Source of the DNA: Chitinophagales bacterium
Lineage (GTDB): Bacteria > Bacteroidota > Bacteroidia > Chitinophagales > LD1
Length of the DNA: 64,000 nucleotides
Direction: 5' to 3'
Assembly (NCBI GenBank): GCA_044225825.1
Contig: JBGAIB010000005.1
Span: 213,750 to 277,749 of the forward strand
This document shows, piece after piece, positions 19,892-30,932 of this stretch. Under the pieces are notes generated by a model, which did not search any database, was not told where the DNA came from, and saw only the letters and a list, made by a program, of their open reading frames with translations. Every line of letters starts with the position of its first letter. Within the stretch, counting starts at the first letter, position 1. The translations under genes were made by a program, and so were the position numbers.

Positions 19892-21439
19892 ATGAATGAG
19901 CCGGTATTTGCACTGATAAAATCGCTGGATAAGACAGAAAAGGGCTATTTTAAAAAGTTTGCAAGCCGCTATGGCAGCAAGGCAAGCGGTAACGATTACC
20001 TGAAACTGTTCGACCTGTTGGACAAGGCGGACAGCTATGATGAAGAGAAAGTCAAGGCATCCTTCGCCAGGGAAGGCAAGAAATTTAACCTCAGCGCGCA
20101 GAAGAATTATCTGTACGCCCAGCTTTTACGTGCCCTACGCTCCTACTCCAGCGGCAAAAGTGTGATTTATGAAATTACCGAAAGCACACTGGATATACAC
20201 AATTTAATTGACCGCGGTCTGACCGAGCAAGCACTTGACCTGATTACCGAGTGCCAGAATAAAGCAACTACCATTGAAAGTTATGAGTGGTTGCTATCGC
20301 TTAAAACCATTGAAGAATCTGTAAAGTTGCGGATGCTTGGCAGGTATAGTATGGACGACATACAACAATTGAAGAGCGAAGTTCGAGCTATCTTACAGAG
20401 CATAGAGCAGGAAAGAACGCTATCCGATTTGCTGTTTGAAATTAAGCTGCTGGATGATGAACGCGGAGTGACCGAGATTTCGACAGAGGACCTGCAGAAC
20501 CGCGCCGACCGGGTAATGCTGCATCCTTTACTTCAGGATGCAGACAAACTAAGCCGCCGAGGCCGTTTAATGTATTATTCCACTTATCACATCTATGCAG
20601 CCATTTGTAATGATGATAAAACATCGCTGAATTACCTGAAACTGGTTCATGAAGTTTATAAGCAGATGGAGCTAGACGTGCGCACCACATACAGTTACCT
20701 GGCCAATGTAAGCAACGTAATTATGACAGCCTTAAACATAAATGATATAGAAGAGGCGAATCATTACCTGCGCGTATTGGAAAAGCAGCGCTTTAAAGAC
20801 ACTACGCTGGAGATATACCGCAAGCGTGTATATGCCAAAAATTTGCTCATGTGCCTGGTAGTAAACAGCCTTACCGGCAATACCAAAGATGCCGTATATG
20901 ACGCTGAGCAACATTATCTGGCAACCAAGCCAGAAAGTGCCGGCAACAACAACCTGATGAGCAGTTATTACCTTGCCATTTTATTTTACAGCGTAAATGA
21001 ACCAGATAAGGCATTGGAATGGTTAAACACCACTATGGAGCACAAAAAGACCAGCTTTATAAATGTGCAGGCTTATTGCCGCATTGTCTGTGCCCACATA
21101 TATTACGACCTTGACGCTCCCAGTTTAATGGAAAGCTCTCTGCAAAGCGCTCAATATTTTATTAAAAAGAACAACCTGCCCAGCAACTACCTTAAACAAT
21201 GCATTATGCTGCTGAACAAATTAAAAGACTGCCCCAAAGGTGCCGAAACCAGGGCGCAATTGAAAAAAATGCAGGAAACCATCAATGAACTTTATGTTAC
21301 CGAATTGAAAAACGAGAACACCTACTTCCACGATTTTAATTTGGCAGTTTGGTGCAATGCTAAACTGCAGGGCCGCACTTACGGAGAGCAATTAGTATCG
21401 GAACATAAAAAGGAACAAGCAGCAGTGGCAGCCATTTGA
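19892..21439 (+). CDS. hypothetical alpha-helical (TPR-like?) protein, divergent from the giant-protein operon
   Basis: Track ORF 19784-21439. The ATG at 19892 (MNEPVFALIKSLDKTEKGYFKKF...) avoids overlap with the divergent gene. Helix-rich, no catalytic motif seen. Confidence 0.5.
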   Translation: MNEPVFALIKSLDKTEKGYFKKFASRYGSKASGNDYLKLFDLLDKADSYDEEKVKASFAREGKKFNLSAQKNYLYAQLLRALRSYSSGKSVIYEITESTLDIHNLIDRGLTEQALDLITECQNKATTIESYEWLLSLKTIEESVKLRMLGRYSMDDIQQLKSEVRAILQSIEQERTLSDLLFEIKLLDDERGVTEISTEDLQNRADRVMLHPLLQDADKLSRRGRLMYYSTYHIYAAICNDDKTSLNYLKLVHEVYKQMELDVRTTYSYLANVSNVIMTALNINDIEEANHYLRVLEKQRFKDTTLEIYRKRVYAKNLLMCLVVNSLTGNTKDAVYDAEQHYLATKPESAGNNNLMSSYYLAILFYSVNEPDKALEWLNTTMEHKKTSFINVQAYCRIVCAHIYYDLDAPSLMESSLQSAQYFIKKNNLPSNYLKQCIMLLNKLKDCPKGAETRAQLKKMQETINELYVTELKNENTYFHDFNLAVWCNAKLQGRTYGEQLVSEHKKEQAAVAAI

Positions 21440-21500
21440 AGTTAGTAAGCCCACCATGCAATTAAGTAATTCTATCCTGGAGAAACTACCAAGAGTAGAA

Positions 21501-23525
21501 TCAGGTTTTCCAGAAACGCAATAAGGCCGTTTCGGTAGCCAGAAAAACCAAGGTCAAAATCAGACATAGTTTCCATAAAGGAGTGCCGCGATCCAGTTCT
21601 TTTACCACAGCGGCAACTTCCGCCTTTGCACCATCCACTATATTAATATTGGCCCCTTCATACTGTTTTCGTAAATCGGCTGCGGTATAAAACTCAAGGT
21701 CCGATTCGCGGCGGTCGAAATTCAACGCAAGGGGTTCTGCCGTTCCTGCCCCTTCCAGCGATAAGGAATAAAAGCCGGCCTTTTTAACCTGTCCACTTAA
21801 TCCGAGCAATATTTTATTGCCCGCCGTAAACTGTTCCGGTACCAATTCCAGGTTATCACCTTTAATTTTGTATACATGTTCTCCGGATGTTTTAGGCGCT
21901 TCCATTTCAATGCGCGTTTTATCGCCAATAAAATAGGCAATGCCGGAGGTTGGCACGCTTAAAACAGCCATTTTGTATAACATGGGTACAAAAATGGCAT
22001 GTACGGGCAGGTCGCTGGCCGCTTTCTCTAACGGAGAGGCACAAACGTATAGCGATCCGGTTTGAGCAGGGTAGCGGCTTAAAAACACATTACCATCACG
22101 CAATGTCAGTATACTTTCCTGACGAGAAGCGGTAGTGCTGGCAAAGGTGTAAAACCTGCGCACCTGAGGAAGGTTCATGTTTTCCGGAATGCGCTCAAAC
22201 ACATCGCGGAATACATTTTGCTGTAAGTTGATGCCGGCTAAATCCTGTGTTTGTTCACTAAATCCTGTAATTGAATTAGCCTGCAGATTATTTAAAAAAC
22301 GATTGTAGGCTTCCATCTCACATTTCTCACCGGGAAAAACCACAATCGCCCCTCCCTCCGTTAAATAACTGTTAGCAGCAGCTGTTAAAGCAGGTGATAT
22401 ACTTTTCAGGTTATCGAAAACAATCAATTGCTTGCCCTTTAACAAATCGGGCTGTACCGTAGCAGCAAGCGTGGATGTGTATTCAAACTCCGGCTGGTTT
22501 TTAAACAAAGCATCCAAAAAGCTATTTGAACGGTTCTCGCTTATCGCCAGTACATTCAACTTGTCAATCACGTTAAATGTCACATAGTAATTATCGTCGT
22601 AAGTTATAGGATAGTCACTGACAGCCAACTCAGCCTTATTCCATCCACTTTGGGATGCAACAAAGCTAAGTGTATCGTAAACAAAAGCCCCTGGTTCAAT
22701 ATTCAACTCGGCCATACTTTTAGTTTGGCCATTCAACTTCAGTACCAAGCGATTGTTCTCCGAGGTCTTTTCGCCGCTGTTGCGAACCTTAACAATCAGA
22801 TTAACCGGTTGATTTATCAATTGTACAGGTTCATTCAGCCAACAGGTATCAATATAAATATTCGATTGCGCATCGGCTGCTAATGGAATGAGATTATATG
22901 AATAGGAAGAATCCGGACTGATACCCCCCATGTTCTTTTGATAATCGGACAAAACATAAACAATCTTAGCACCGGCATTCTCCCGGCTCAGCGCATCCTT
23001 CTGGCGTTGCAATACTTCGTTAAGAGATCGCACTGCAGGAGAAATTTCAAGTTCATCCAGCATTGTAATAAACTCATCCTTACTTACCAAACGTTGATGC
23101 CTTCCTTCAAAATCATTAGTCAGCAATTGAAATTGGTCGTCGGCTGAGTAGTTACGCGCAATTTCACGGGCTGTAAGCCTAGCCTTTTCAAACAGGCTTT
23201 TACCGCCATTTACCGCATTCATCGAAAAGGAATTATCGATATAGATACTCACTGTTTTGCGTCCACTGCTCCCCTCTTGTTTTTTGCCCGGTATAAAAGG
23301 CTGGGCGAAAGCGAATACTAAAAACAATACTGCCAGTAAGCGCGATGCCAGCACCAATAGGTGCTTTACTTTGCTGCGGTTAGATGTTTCCTCCTTTACT
23401 TCGCGCAAAAACTTAACATTGCTGAAATAAACAGTTTTGAACCGGCGGAAATTAAACAGGTGTATGATAACCGGAACAGCCAAGGCGGCAAGGGCCCACA
23501 AAAACCAGGGAAACAAAAATTGCAT
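21501..23525 (-). CDS. BatA-like membrane protein: N-terminal double-TM anchor + vWA-like domain + C-terminal TM
   Basis: N-terminus MQFLFPWFLWALAALAVPVIIHLFNFRR matches the Bacteroidota aerotolerance BatA-type double-transmembrane anchor. DxSxS MIDAS-like motif (IYIDNSFSM). C-terminal TM LCLILTLVFLATETALL. Confidence 0.7.
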   Translation of the reverse strand: MQFLFPWFLWALAALAVPVIIHLFNFRRFKTVYFSNVKFLREVKEETSNRSKVKHLLVLASRLLAVLFLVFAFAQPFIPGKKQEGSSGRKTVSIYIDNSFSMNAVNGGKSLFEKARLTAREIARNYSADDQFQLLTNDFEGRHQRLVSKDEFITMLDELEISPAVRSLNEVLQRQKDALSRENAGAKIVYVLSDYQKNMGGISPDSSYSYNLIPLAADAQSNIYIDTCWLNEPVQLINQPVNLIVKVRNSGEKTSENNRLVLKLNGQTKSMAELNIEPGAFVYDTLSFVASQSGWNKAELAVSDYPITYDDNYYVTFNVIDKLNVLAISENRSNSFLDALFKNQPEFEYTSTLAATVQPDLLKGKQLIVFDNLKSISPALTAAANSYLTEGGAIVVFPGEKCEMEAYNRFLNNLQANSITGFSEQTQDLAGINLQQNVFRDVFERIPENMNLPQVRRFYTFASTTASRQESILTLRDGNVFLSRYPAQTGSLYVCASPLEKAASDLPVHAIFVPMLYKMAVLSVPTSGIAYFIGDKTRIEMEAPKTSGEHVYKIKGDNLELVPEQFTAGNKILLGLSGQVKKAGFYSLSLEGAGTAEPLALNFDRRESDLEFYTAADLRKQYEGANINIVDGAKAEVAAVVKELDRGTPLWKLCLILTLVFLATETALLRFWKT

Positions 23526-23632
23526 GGCCCTAAAATATTCTTTTAGTCCATAAGATGCAGACTCCAGGTGGAGGATTGTATGCCCATCTTAACATCCGTT
23601 CACACTCTTATCTGTAAAACGGTGATTCCTTC

Positions 23633-24520
23633 TTAGAAATGTCCGCCACTCTCAGGGCGGTTCAGAAAATAAAGATGTTTTTCCTTCTGTACGTCAAAAG
23701 GCAGTTTCATCACCTTAATTTCATAAAAATCAACCGGAAAAATATAATTATCCCAGGTAATGATTTTAGCTATATCAAATAAATTCTGAAAGTCGTTGGA
23801 GATGGTTAAATGCTCAAACTCTCCTACCTTAACTTCAGGGGTTTTTACAAACAACACCAAAAAGTTTAAGCGCCGCATAACCTTCAGCACCTCATACAAA
23901 TCAGCCACCTGATAGCAGTATGCATCGTTTATAGCCTTTACAATTGCATCTATTTTAGCCCCATCTTCCGGTGTTGGTGCTTCACGCTTAAATAAATCCT
24001 TTATATAGAGCATTCCTCCCGGCCTCAATACCTTCCAGGCTTGCTCAATAAGCCGTGCCTTATCGTTTGAATGACCAAATGATTCCAGGAACATTACCCG
24101 ATCGAAGCGCTCCGGACCGTAAATGGTTTCTAAATCGTGATAATCGCCTAATTGGATATTAACCTTACCTTTTAATTGCCGCGCGGAAACAATTTCCTTC
24201 GACTTCTCGACCTGATACGGGGAAATAGTAAGTCCTTCCACCTCTACATCCAATCTGGATGCAAAATAAGTAGCCGGACCTCCCACACCGCAACCGGCAT
24301 CTAATATTCTCAACCCATCTTTTAACTCCGCATTCTGAACAGTATAGTCCAGGTAAACCGAAATATCGGTTGTGCGGAAAGCCTGAATGATTTCGCCATA
24401 TACTTCCAGGAACTTATCGGTATGCTGATTATAGAAATTGCCGACCTCTGCTGGCTTAGAGCCTTGCTGCCTGCCCGCTTCTTCCTTTCCTCCTCCCAAT
24501 ATTTTTGTTAACCATCCCAT
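23633..24520 (-). CDS. class I SAM-dependent methyltransferase
   Basis: Motif I ILDAGCGVGGPATYF, followed by post-I acidic and motif II/III-like spacing. 4-nt gap from the upstream GT-C gene, so same operon. Confidence 0.8.
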   Translation of the reverse strand: MGWLTKILGGGKEEAGRQQGSKPAEVGNFYNQHTDKFLEVYGEIIQAFRTTDISVYLDYTVQNAELKDGLRILDAGCGVGGPATYFASRLDVEVEGLTISPYQVEKSKEIVSARQLKGKVNIQLGDYHDLETIYGPERFDRVMFLESFGHSNDKARLIEQAWKVLRPGGMLYIKDLFKREAPTPEDGAKIDAIVKAINDAYCYQVADLYEVLKVMRRLNFLVLFVKTPEVKVGEFEHLTISNDFQNLFDIAKIITWDNYIFPVDFYEIKVMKLPFDVQKEKHLYFLNRPESGGHF

Positions 24521-24524
24521 AAAA

Positions 24525-27275
24525 TTATTTTGAGCCTGCTTTTAGCCTTGTTATGGCATCCTGAATAGCTTTACTTGAAGGATCTAATTGTTGCGCCAAA
24601 TTGTAATAATACAGCGCGCTATCGGTGCGGTTTATAACTGCAAACGTTTGAGCAATATTGGAAGGAAAGTCCACTTTGCCAGGAAACAATCGCATACCTT
24701 CTTTATTCACCACGTTCGCCGAGTCGTATTTAGCCTCCAGAAAATACGTAAAACTAAGTTGTACATAAAATGCAGGATCGTTTTTAATGGTATCCATGGC
24801 TAACAGATAATACGATCGCGCCTGTCGCGGTTGTTTACGCATCAGTGCCAATTCGCCCGCGCTTAACCATGCTGTAGCATAGGCAGGATTTAATTTAGCG
24901 GCCTCTACAAAATTCGCCTCAGCTTCTGTGTTTTTACCCAGCAGGTTTTGCGTACGTGCCAGATCGTACCAGGCATTAAAGAACGGAGGGAATAGTTCTA
25001 CCGCTTTTTTGAAATGCAATTCCGCAGTGGCGCGCATTTGCTGCTGTTTCGCCACATCGGTTTCTTTAAACGAATATTTCATTAACTGCACAGCATAGAG
25101 ATTATTAGCCTGTGCGGAATTACTGATGTGATTAATATCGGCAGAAAAAAGAGTGAGGTGATTTTCCCATTGGTTGTTGCGCCAAACGGTCAATATCGAA
25201 TACCCAACTAAAAGCCCCAGCAGTGCACCTTTCAGCGAAGTAGGCCATTGTTGCCAGTTCCAGTTGATGCTTTTGCCATCCAAAACTCCGGTAAAGCGCA
25301 TTAGCAACCAGGCCAACAACAAAACAAATCCCAGCGAAGGCACAAACAGAAACCTATCCGCCATCATTCCCGGAACGGGCATCAGATAATTGGAATAAAT
25401 GCCGATGCCTATCAGATAAATCAATAAACCTGCTGCTACCACTGCCTGTCTCCGGGCTAGAAACAATGCCAAAAGCAAGAGTGCAGCAAAGACGAACAGT
25501 GTTAGAATATTGGCAGCTGTAAATACCGGTTGCCGGTCGATTTCCTTATAGCCATAATAAAAAGCCATGGGATAAGGCAACAACGTCAAGCGGAAGTAAC
25601 TACGGAATACCTGTGCCGCAGTACCAAGTTTTTCGTTTGTAGATGATTTAGGCGTAGTAACCGCTTCGGCTATGCTTATGGGACGGTCAATTTTAGACAC
25701 CTCAATAACTTGCGGAATTTCCTTGTTGGCTATAGCATTCACCCTACCACTTACATCCACAAACGAACCCTGGCGATTGCTGATAAAAACCATCGCAATT
25801 ATACCCAGGGCCGCAGGCAACCATAAGAAACGCCTTAGGGCCGGAAGAATAGCAAAAACAATAACCACCAAAACATTCAGAATATCCAGTGTATAAACCT
25901 CTTCAGCAACAAAACGGGAAGGACTGCTGAATACAAAAAACAGGTTAGAAAGAAGCACGATAGCCCCCACAATATAGCCGGCAATATTTTTACGTGGTAA
26001 CCATATTACCGCTGACAAAACAGCCAATATTACAGCCACCACATTTAAGGTGGCAACCGTATGGCGCGTTGCCAGGCCTGCAACAAATATTAAAGGCAAT
26101 ACGATGTAGAAAATCGTACGATAATAGCATGTTGCCAACAACAAATACACCATAAATGCAGCTACCAAACCATCGCAAGGCCAAAACAGTAAACAAGCCA
26201 GCACCCCAACAACCGTAACGAGAGCAAATGCATAGGGGCGTAATTTTGCGGCTACTATGTATGGCAATAGTAAAAGCAAGCTCAATGGCACAAAATAAAA
26301 TGGCTTATTATAGAGATATAGTATTGCTGAGCTCAAGAGCAAAACTGCCATTACACCAATTGCCGGGAACAGTTTAACTTCGAAACTCAAAAAATTGACA
26401 GTACTTGTATCAGATTCTTTTGCAGCAACCGCCGGTAATTTTAGAAATGCCGGAAGAAATAAACGATCGTAATGTCTGGTAATATATACCCCTATTACCA
26501 ACAATAACATAAACACCAAAAACAGAGTGGAGGCAAAAAAAGTAGCCAAAGGCGATAAAGGCAGGTAAATCAATGTGGCAACCAATGCAAATATTACCGG
26601 AATTCGCCAGTTGACAGAAGTCAACAGCACTAATACTATAGGAATCAGTACCGCCCATGCTATAATAGTTTGCTTGGATAACAAGGCCAGTGCAAACAGC
26701 ATAAGTGCAAGTGATAAATTGAGGATGGCCTTCCCCACGGTAGCCTTATAGGCGAACCTAAGTGAGAACAGTGCAAACAAGAGCGCCAGAATCTCGTCGC
26801 GGTTTTTAAGGCTGGCTACCACCTCGGTATGCAACGGAAAGGCAGTAAACAATAGCGTAGCAATCAAAGGTAGCAAAGGATTAAATCCAGATAACACGAA
26901 CGTTAAAGTCCATAGTAATACCAGACATAGTACCCCATAAAGCAGCGCGTTTATAAAGTGACTGGCATGGACATTGCCACCAGTTAATGTTCGTTCTATG
27001 GCATAAGTGGAGAGCACTATTGGCCGATAATCATAGGCATAGCCCGAAGCATCTTTATAGTAAGGTTCCGTAAAAATGTCGGGTATGGCACCAATACCCT
27101 GGGCCGTTATGCGGTGCGGGTATTGTTCGTCTGTTGTAGTTACCAATTCATCATCCAGGTTAAACTGGTTGGGTATAGTATTAGCATACAACAAAAAAGC
27201 GAACAGAAATACCAAAAGGTATTTATATCGTTCCAATGCCGGAACGGCTTGTAACTTTTGTTGTTTGGGGGCCAT
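24525..27275 (-). CDS. TMTC-like GT-C membrane glycosyltransferase with C-terminal TPR repeats (916 aa)
   Basis: First-loop acidic motif NQFNLDDELV, then YDYRPIVLSTYAIE...HASHFINALLYG (resembles the TMTC/DUF1736 pattern YRPL...H..N.LLH). >15 hydrophobic helices. C-terminal ~250 aa are TPR-like (AWYDLARTQNLLGKNTEAEANFVEAAKLNPAYATAW...). Confidence 0.7.
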   Translation of the reverse strand: MAPKQQKLQAVPALERYKYLLVFLFAFLLYANTIPNQFNLDDELVTTTDEQYPHRITAQGIGAIPDIFTEPYYKDASGYAYDYRPIVLSTYAIERTLTGGNVHASHFINALLYGVLCLVLLWTLTFVLSGFNPLLPLIATLLFTAFPLHTEVVASLKNRDEILALLFALFSLRFAYKATVGKAILNLSLALMLFALALLSKQTIIAWAVLIPIVLVLLTSVNWRIPVIFALVATLIYLPLSPLATFFASTLFLVFMLLLVIGVYITRHYDRLFLPAFLKLPAVAAKESDTSTVNFLSFEVKLFPAIGVMAVLLLSSAILYLYNKPFYFVPLSLLLLLPYIVAAKLRPYAFALVTVVGVLACLLFWPCDGLVAAFMVYLLLATCYYRTIFYIVLPLIFVAGLATRHTVATLNVVAVILAVLSAVIWLPRKNIAGYIVGAIVLLSNLFFVFSSPSRFVAEEVYTLDILNVLVVIVFAILPALRRFLWLPAALGIIAMVFISNRQGSFVDVSGRVNAIANKEIPQVIEVSKIDRPISIAEAVTTPKSSTNEKLGTAAQVFRSYFRLTLLPYPMAFYYGYKEIDRQPVFTAANILTLFVFAALLLLALFLARRQAVVAAGLLIYLIGIGIYSNYLMPVPGMMADRFLFVPSLGFVLLLAWLLMRFTGVLDGKSINWNWQQWPTSLKGALLGLLVGYSILTVWRNNQWENHLTLFSADINHISNSAQANNLYAVQLMKYSFKETDVAKQQQMRATAELHFKKAVELFPPFFNAWYDLARTQNLLGKNTEAEANFVEAAKLNPAYATAWLSAGELALMRKQPRQARSYYLLAMDTIKNDPAFYVQLSFTYFLEAKYDSANVVNKEGMRLFPGKVDFPSNIAQTFAVINRTDSALYYYNLAQQLDPSSKAIQDAITRLKAGSK

Positions 27276-27413
27276 GCTTTAACTTCTGATATCACGAATA
27301 TAACCGAATCCGCCACAGTTGGTAAGCACAGAATTGTTACCAAAGCAGCAACAATAATCCCAAACGGGCCAACGTTGGCCAAACCATCTAAATACGGTAT
27401 TATTGATAGCTTG

Positions 27414-29048
27414 ATGAGCTATGACCGTATGTTGCCCCATTTTTACATAAAACCCCGAATCCGGCTGGCGGCATTCATTACGGCTTTCACCGCAATTGCA
27501 GGTTTCTTTATTACCCTGAACAGTTCATCGCTTAACAACCCCGAAACTTGCACTTGTAACCACGGCTACGGCATTGACCCGTTTGAATACCACTTGATAG
27601 CGGTCAACCTTGCTGTGTATCATCAATTCCCGGTTTATGGATTTATAGGAGACCCCAAAGATTACAACATCTGCCCGGAGAATACTGCTGCCCGGCCTTA
27701 TCTCAATGATCTTCAAAAAGCCGGACCAGTTTTGTTTACAGGCAGGCCGCCTGTATTCCCTTTGTTGCTGGCCTTCGCCTATTCTTTATTCGGTATTAAC
27801 CTACAGGTATTTATCGTTTTGTGCGCCTTATGTTCGGCGCTTTTAGTTGGGCTGATGCCCTACACCGGTTACCGGCTCTGGGGCACCAAGGGCTTATGGA
27901 CGGGCCTGATTGCCGCCCTACTGTTTCTTGCATTTAAAAATACCGGCAGCACAGCAATCAATGCTGAATATTTTACAAAGCTGATGGCTTTTCTACTCTT
28001 CCTTTGCTTAGCAATAGCCATTAAGGAAAAGAAAAACACCGCCTATTTTACAACAGGTATAGTACTAGCCATAACGTTACTTACTAAAGGCACATTTATT
28101 TTTATCCCGATCTTCCTTAGCATTGGCTTGCTTACAAATGCAGTTAAGGAAAGGAATTTTACCCCGTTGAGGAATTTGCTTTTGTTGGCAGCAGGTGCAT
28201 TGCTAACAATTGCTCCCTGGTCGCTTTTTATCAATTGGGAAGTGCATCAACAAAAACAAAGCATGCACGCCTGGGCACAAAGGTTTGCGGCAACCATGCC
28301 GGTTATTTCAGTAAGCAAAGCCTCAGAATTGGTTGTAAATGGCGTATATAACCCTAAGGCCATTGACTACTTCAACAAGTCGCAGCAGGTGGTATATACC
28401 GGTAATGCAGGTCTTATTCTGCTTACCAATCAGGTAGATACAGAAATTCTGCGCTCTGTAAACAACGAGTTTTGTTTAGACGGTGATATACATCCAGAAT
28501 GGAAACTGATTCAATCCTCCTTATATAACAGCAGGTATGCCCACCTTTCAGGCAGCAGTCAAATCTTTCATTTCTATATTGACAATCCCGCTTTGGGCCT
28601 GAAAATACTGAAGGCAAAAATTATCAATTGCTCCGGTGAAAAGCCCGTTCTGTTTCTGGCGACCGGAGCGCTCTGGGCGCTATATATGCTGCTGCTAGCT
28701 TTAAACAGAAGCAACCGCCTGTCAGAAATTCCAATCCGCATACTTTTGTTGTTAGCCTTAGTTACAATAGTTTTTTTGGGATTCAGCCCAGTGCTTGCAG
28801 CAGCCCCATTAATTTTGATCGCCATTTTTTTGGCGGGTGCCTGTTTTATAAACCAATCGGGAGCCGCGCCGTGGGCAACATTGGCAGCAGTGTTTAGCTT
28901 CAATTTTCTACTGTTGATTCTGGTCATCTACGGCGACGTACGCTTTGTGGCCAATATTGACGCTGTTGCTGTATTTGCATTCACAGGTCTGGTGTTTCGG
29001 ATTATACAAGAACTGGTTTTTAAGCCCAATGCAATACCTGCATCATAG
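27414..29048 (+). CDS. polytopic GT-C-like (ArnT/PMT_2-like) membrane glycosyltransferase
   Basis: Track ORF 27258-29048 overlaps the divergent gene start, so I prefer ATG 27414 (MSYDRMLPHF...). Motif GRPPVFPLLLAFAYSLFG after the first periplasmic loop and >10 TM helices, as in ArnT/PMT_2-type enzymes. Assignment by pattern only. Confidence 0.55.
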   Translation: MSYDRMLPHFYIKPRIRLAAFITAFTAIAGFFITLNSSSLNNPETCTCNHGYGIDPFEYHLIAVNLAVYHQFPVYGFIGDPKDYNICPENTAARPYLNDLQKAGPVLFTGRPPVFPLLLAFAYSLFGINLQVFIVLCALCSALLVGLMPYTGYRLWGTKGLWTGLIAALLFLAFKNTGSTAINAEYFTKLMAFLLFLCLAIAIKEKKNTAYFTTGIVLAITLLTKGTFIFIPIFLSIGLLTNAVKERNFTPLRNLLLLAAGALLTIAPWSLFINWEVHQQKQSMHAWAQRFAATMPVISVSKASELVVNGVYNPKAIDYFNKSQQVVYTGNAGLILLTNQVDTEILRSVNNEFCLDGDIHPEWKLIQSSLYNSRYAHLSGSSQIFHFYIDNPALGLKILKAKIINCSGEKPVLFLATGALWALYMLLLALNRSNRLSEIPIRILLLLALVTIVFLGFSPVLAAAPLILIAIFLAGACFINQSGAAPWATLAAVFSFNFLLLILVIYGDVRFVANIDAVAVFAFTGLVFRIIQELVFKPNAIPAS

Positions 29049-29090
29049 CGCAAGCCGAAATATTGCTTAAGTTTGAAAACAGCTCATGCA

Positions 29091-29894
29091 ATGAACAGCG
29101 GTTTAAAATTGCCTTTTCAGTTTGTTTACAAGCCTTTGTGGAACCGCGTAAAACTAGGTGAGGGCGGGCTTGTTGTTTTCAATCTTTTTCATGCCGCCTT
29201 CTACACCCGCAGCATAACTGCAACCATTCTCGAAACAGCGTTTTCGATGCTGGTAATTACCTTGCTGTATGGATTTAATGATTACCAGGACCGTGAGGTC
29301 GATCGTTGCAATCCTAAAAAGGAAAAGACCTTTGTGGAAGCCATAAACCAGCATAGCAAATTTTATCTCGGCCTGCATATCGGTATAAGCTTGCTTTGCT
29401 TACTGACCGCATTTTTCTGGGGTGGAGTAAACAAGGGAATCGTACTTATTGCGCTGTTTGCAGTTAACATTATTTATTCACTTTGGCTAAAAGCATTTCT
29501 GATTGGTGATTTATTGATCGTAATTCTATGGGGAGGCTTATTTGCGCTGCTTGCCGGTCCTTCCAATGCTATACTTGCAACAATTACCGGCTTGATGACT
29601 GGCATGGCGCATATCTTTCAAATGAAAACCGACCAACCCTACGACCAGGCTAATAATGTACAAACCACCGCTGTGCGATTTCCTGCTGTTATCCCCGCTT
29701 TGTTTGCGGCATTATGTCTAACTACGGGGATATTGCTTAACAGGCAATTGAATCTTTGGTGGGGACTTTCAGCTGCTCTGCCCTTATTTTTTTATCTTGT
29801 AGGTAGTAATCTTTCACTTGCCTGGCATGCGGCGAGGCTGTATTTTTTTATATGCTGGATAATGTTGCTTAATACGGTTTATGGAGGCTTTTAA
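29091..29894 (+). CDS. UbiA-family membrane prenyltransferase / polyprenyl-phosphate transferase
   Basis: First Asp-rich motif NDYQDREVD (NDxxDxxxD) in YGFNDYQDREVDRCN. ~8 hydrophobic helices. ATG at 29091 preferred over the TTG at 29073. 14-nt overlap with the next gene. Confidence 0.75.
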   Translation: MNSGLKLPFQFVYKPLWNRVKLGEGGLVVFNLFHAAFYTRSITATILETAFSMLVITLLYGFNDYQDREVDRCNPKKEKTFVEAINQHSKFYLGLHIGISLLCLLTAFFWGGVNKGIVLIALFAVNIIYSLWLKAFLIGDLLIVILWGGLFALLAGPSNAILATITGLMTGMAHIFQMKTDQPYDQANNVQTTAVRFPAVIPALFAALCLTTGILLNRQLNLWWGLSAALPLFFYLVGSNLSLAWHAARLYFFICWIMLLNTVYGGF

Positions 29895-30882
29895 ACTTGC
29901 ACAACTGGCACTGGCTTATGGTCAAAGTCTGCTGGCGTATAAAGCGAGTGGTTCTCCACGCCCATTTTCTGCATCCTTTGTGGTTTCCAACAGGTGTAAC
30001 ATACATTGCCACTACTGTAACTTCCCCAATTTAAAGGAACCGGAGCTTAATCTTGCCGAAATTGATCTTCTATTCGGTCGCTTAAGGAAATTAGGGGTGA
30101 AACGTCTTGGTTTGTTGGGTGGCGAACCATTATTGCGCAAAGACATTCTGGAAATTATAGCGCTAGCACGGGAACACCGTTTTTTTATCAGCCTCAACAC
30201 CAATCTCCTGTTGTATGATAGATATAAGGAGCAATTGCAGGCAGTAGACTACTTTTTCACGAGCCTGGACGGCACCCGCGAAAGGCACCTTGCGAACAGG
30301 GGCAAACAAAATTACGAACAAATCATAGAGGCCATTCGCGATTTAAAAGAACGTGGTAAAAAATTAACAGCCATTAGCGTGATAACTGAACCCGACTACC
30401 CATCAGTGGATTACCTGCTTGACTTCGCGAACAAAGAAAATATTCAAATTCATTTTCAGCCGGAATGCTATGACACCGAGATTGTGCTACGTTCGGCACC
30501 AACCATGGTTGACAGTGAGTTGCGCACCTTCTGGAAACACCTGGCAGATAAAAAAAAGGAAGGCGCTCCTATTGCCAGTTCGCAAGCCTATTTGAATTAC
30601 ATTGCTAATTGGAATGATTACCGAACTTCCTCGCTGTTGGAAGCAAATAATCGTTGTGCCGCCGGCTCCGGTTATTTATTCATTGATTCGGCAGGTTTTG
30701 CATACCCGTGTGCTTTTACAAAAGGTAAAACTGAAGGCGTGCGTATGCTCAGGGAAAATTGGGAGGATAGTTTCACAGGGAATACCCCTTGTACCAAATG
30801 CATTGTAGGCCCTATGCTAGAGTTCAACCTTCTATTTCAACAACCTGTTCAAGCCCTCACCAGCAGTTTGGTTCACTTATAA
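29881..30882 (+). CDS. radical SAM enzyme with Cys-rich (SPASM/twitch-like) C-terminus
   Basis: CxxxCxxC cluster motif in SNRCNIHCHYCNF. GGEPLL glycine-rich SAM motif. C-terminal cysteines NNRCAAGSGYLFIDSAGFAYPCAF...GNTPCTKCIVGP. Confidence 0.8.
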   Translation: MEAFKLAQLALAYGQSLLAYKASGSPRPFSASFVVSNRCNIHCHYCNFPNLKEPELNLAEIDLLFGRLRKLGVKRLGLLGGEPLLRKDILEIIALAREHRFFISLNTNLLLYDRYKEQLQAVDYFFTSLDGTRERHLANRGKQNYEQIIEAIRDLKERGKKLTAISVITEPDYPSVDYLLDFANKENIQIHFQPECYDTEIVLRSAPTMVDSELRTFWKHLADKKKEGAPIASSQAYLNYIANWNDYRTSSLLEANNRCAAGSGYLFIDSAGFAYPCAFTKGKTEGVRMLRENWEDSFTGNTPCTKCIVGPMLEFNLLFQQPVQALTSSLVHL

Positions 30883-30932
30883 CGTCCTAATTGAATGCAG
30901 TTCGCCTATATTCGTTAGCGTAAGTACGGTCA

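Noticed and set aside
21501-23525. BatA-like gene as part of a Bat aerotolerance operon (moxR, DUF58, batA-E).
   Set aside because: None of the partner genes are adjacent. It is a solitary BatA-anchor/vWA protein between unrelated genes, so no operon-level claim is made.
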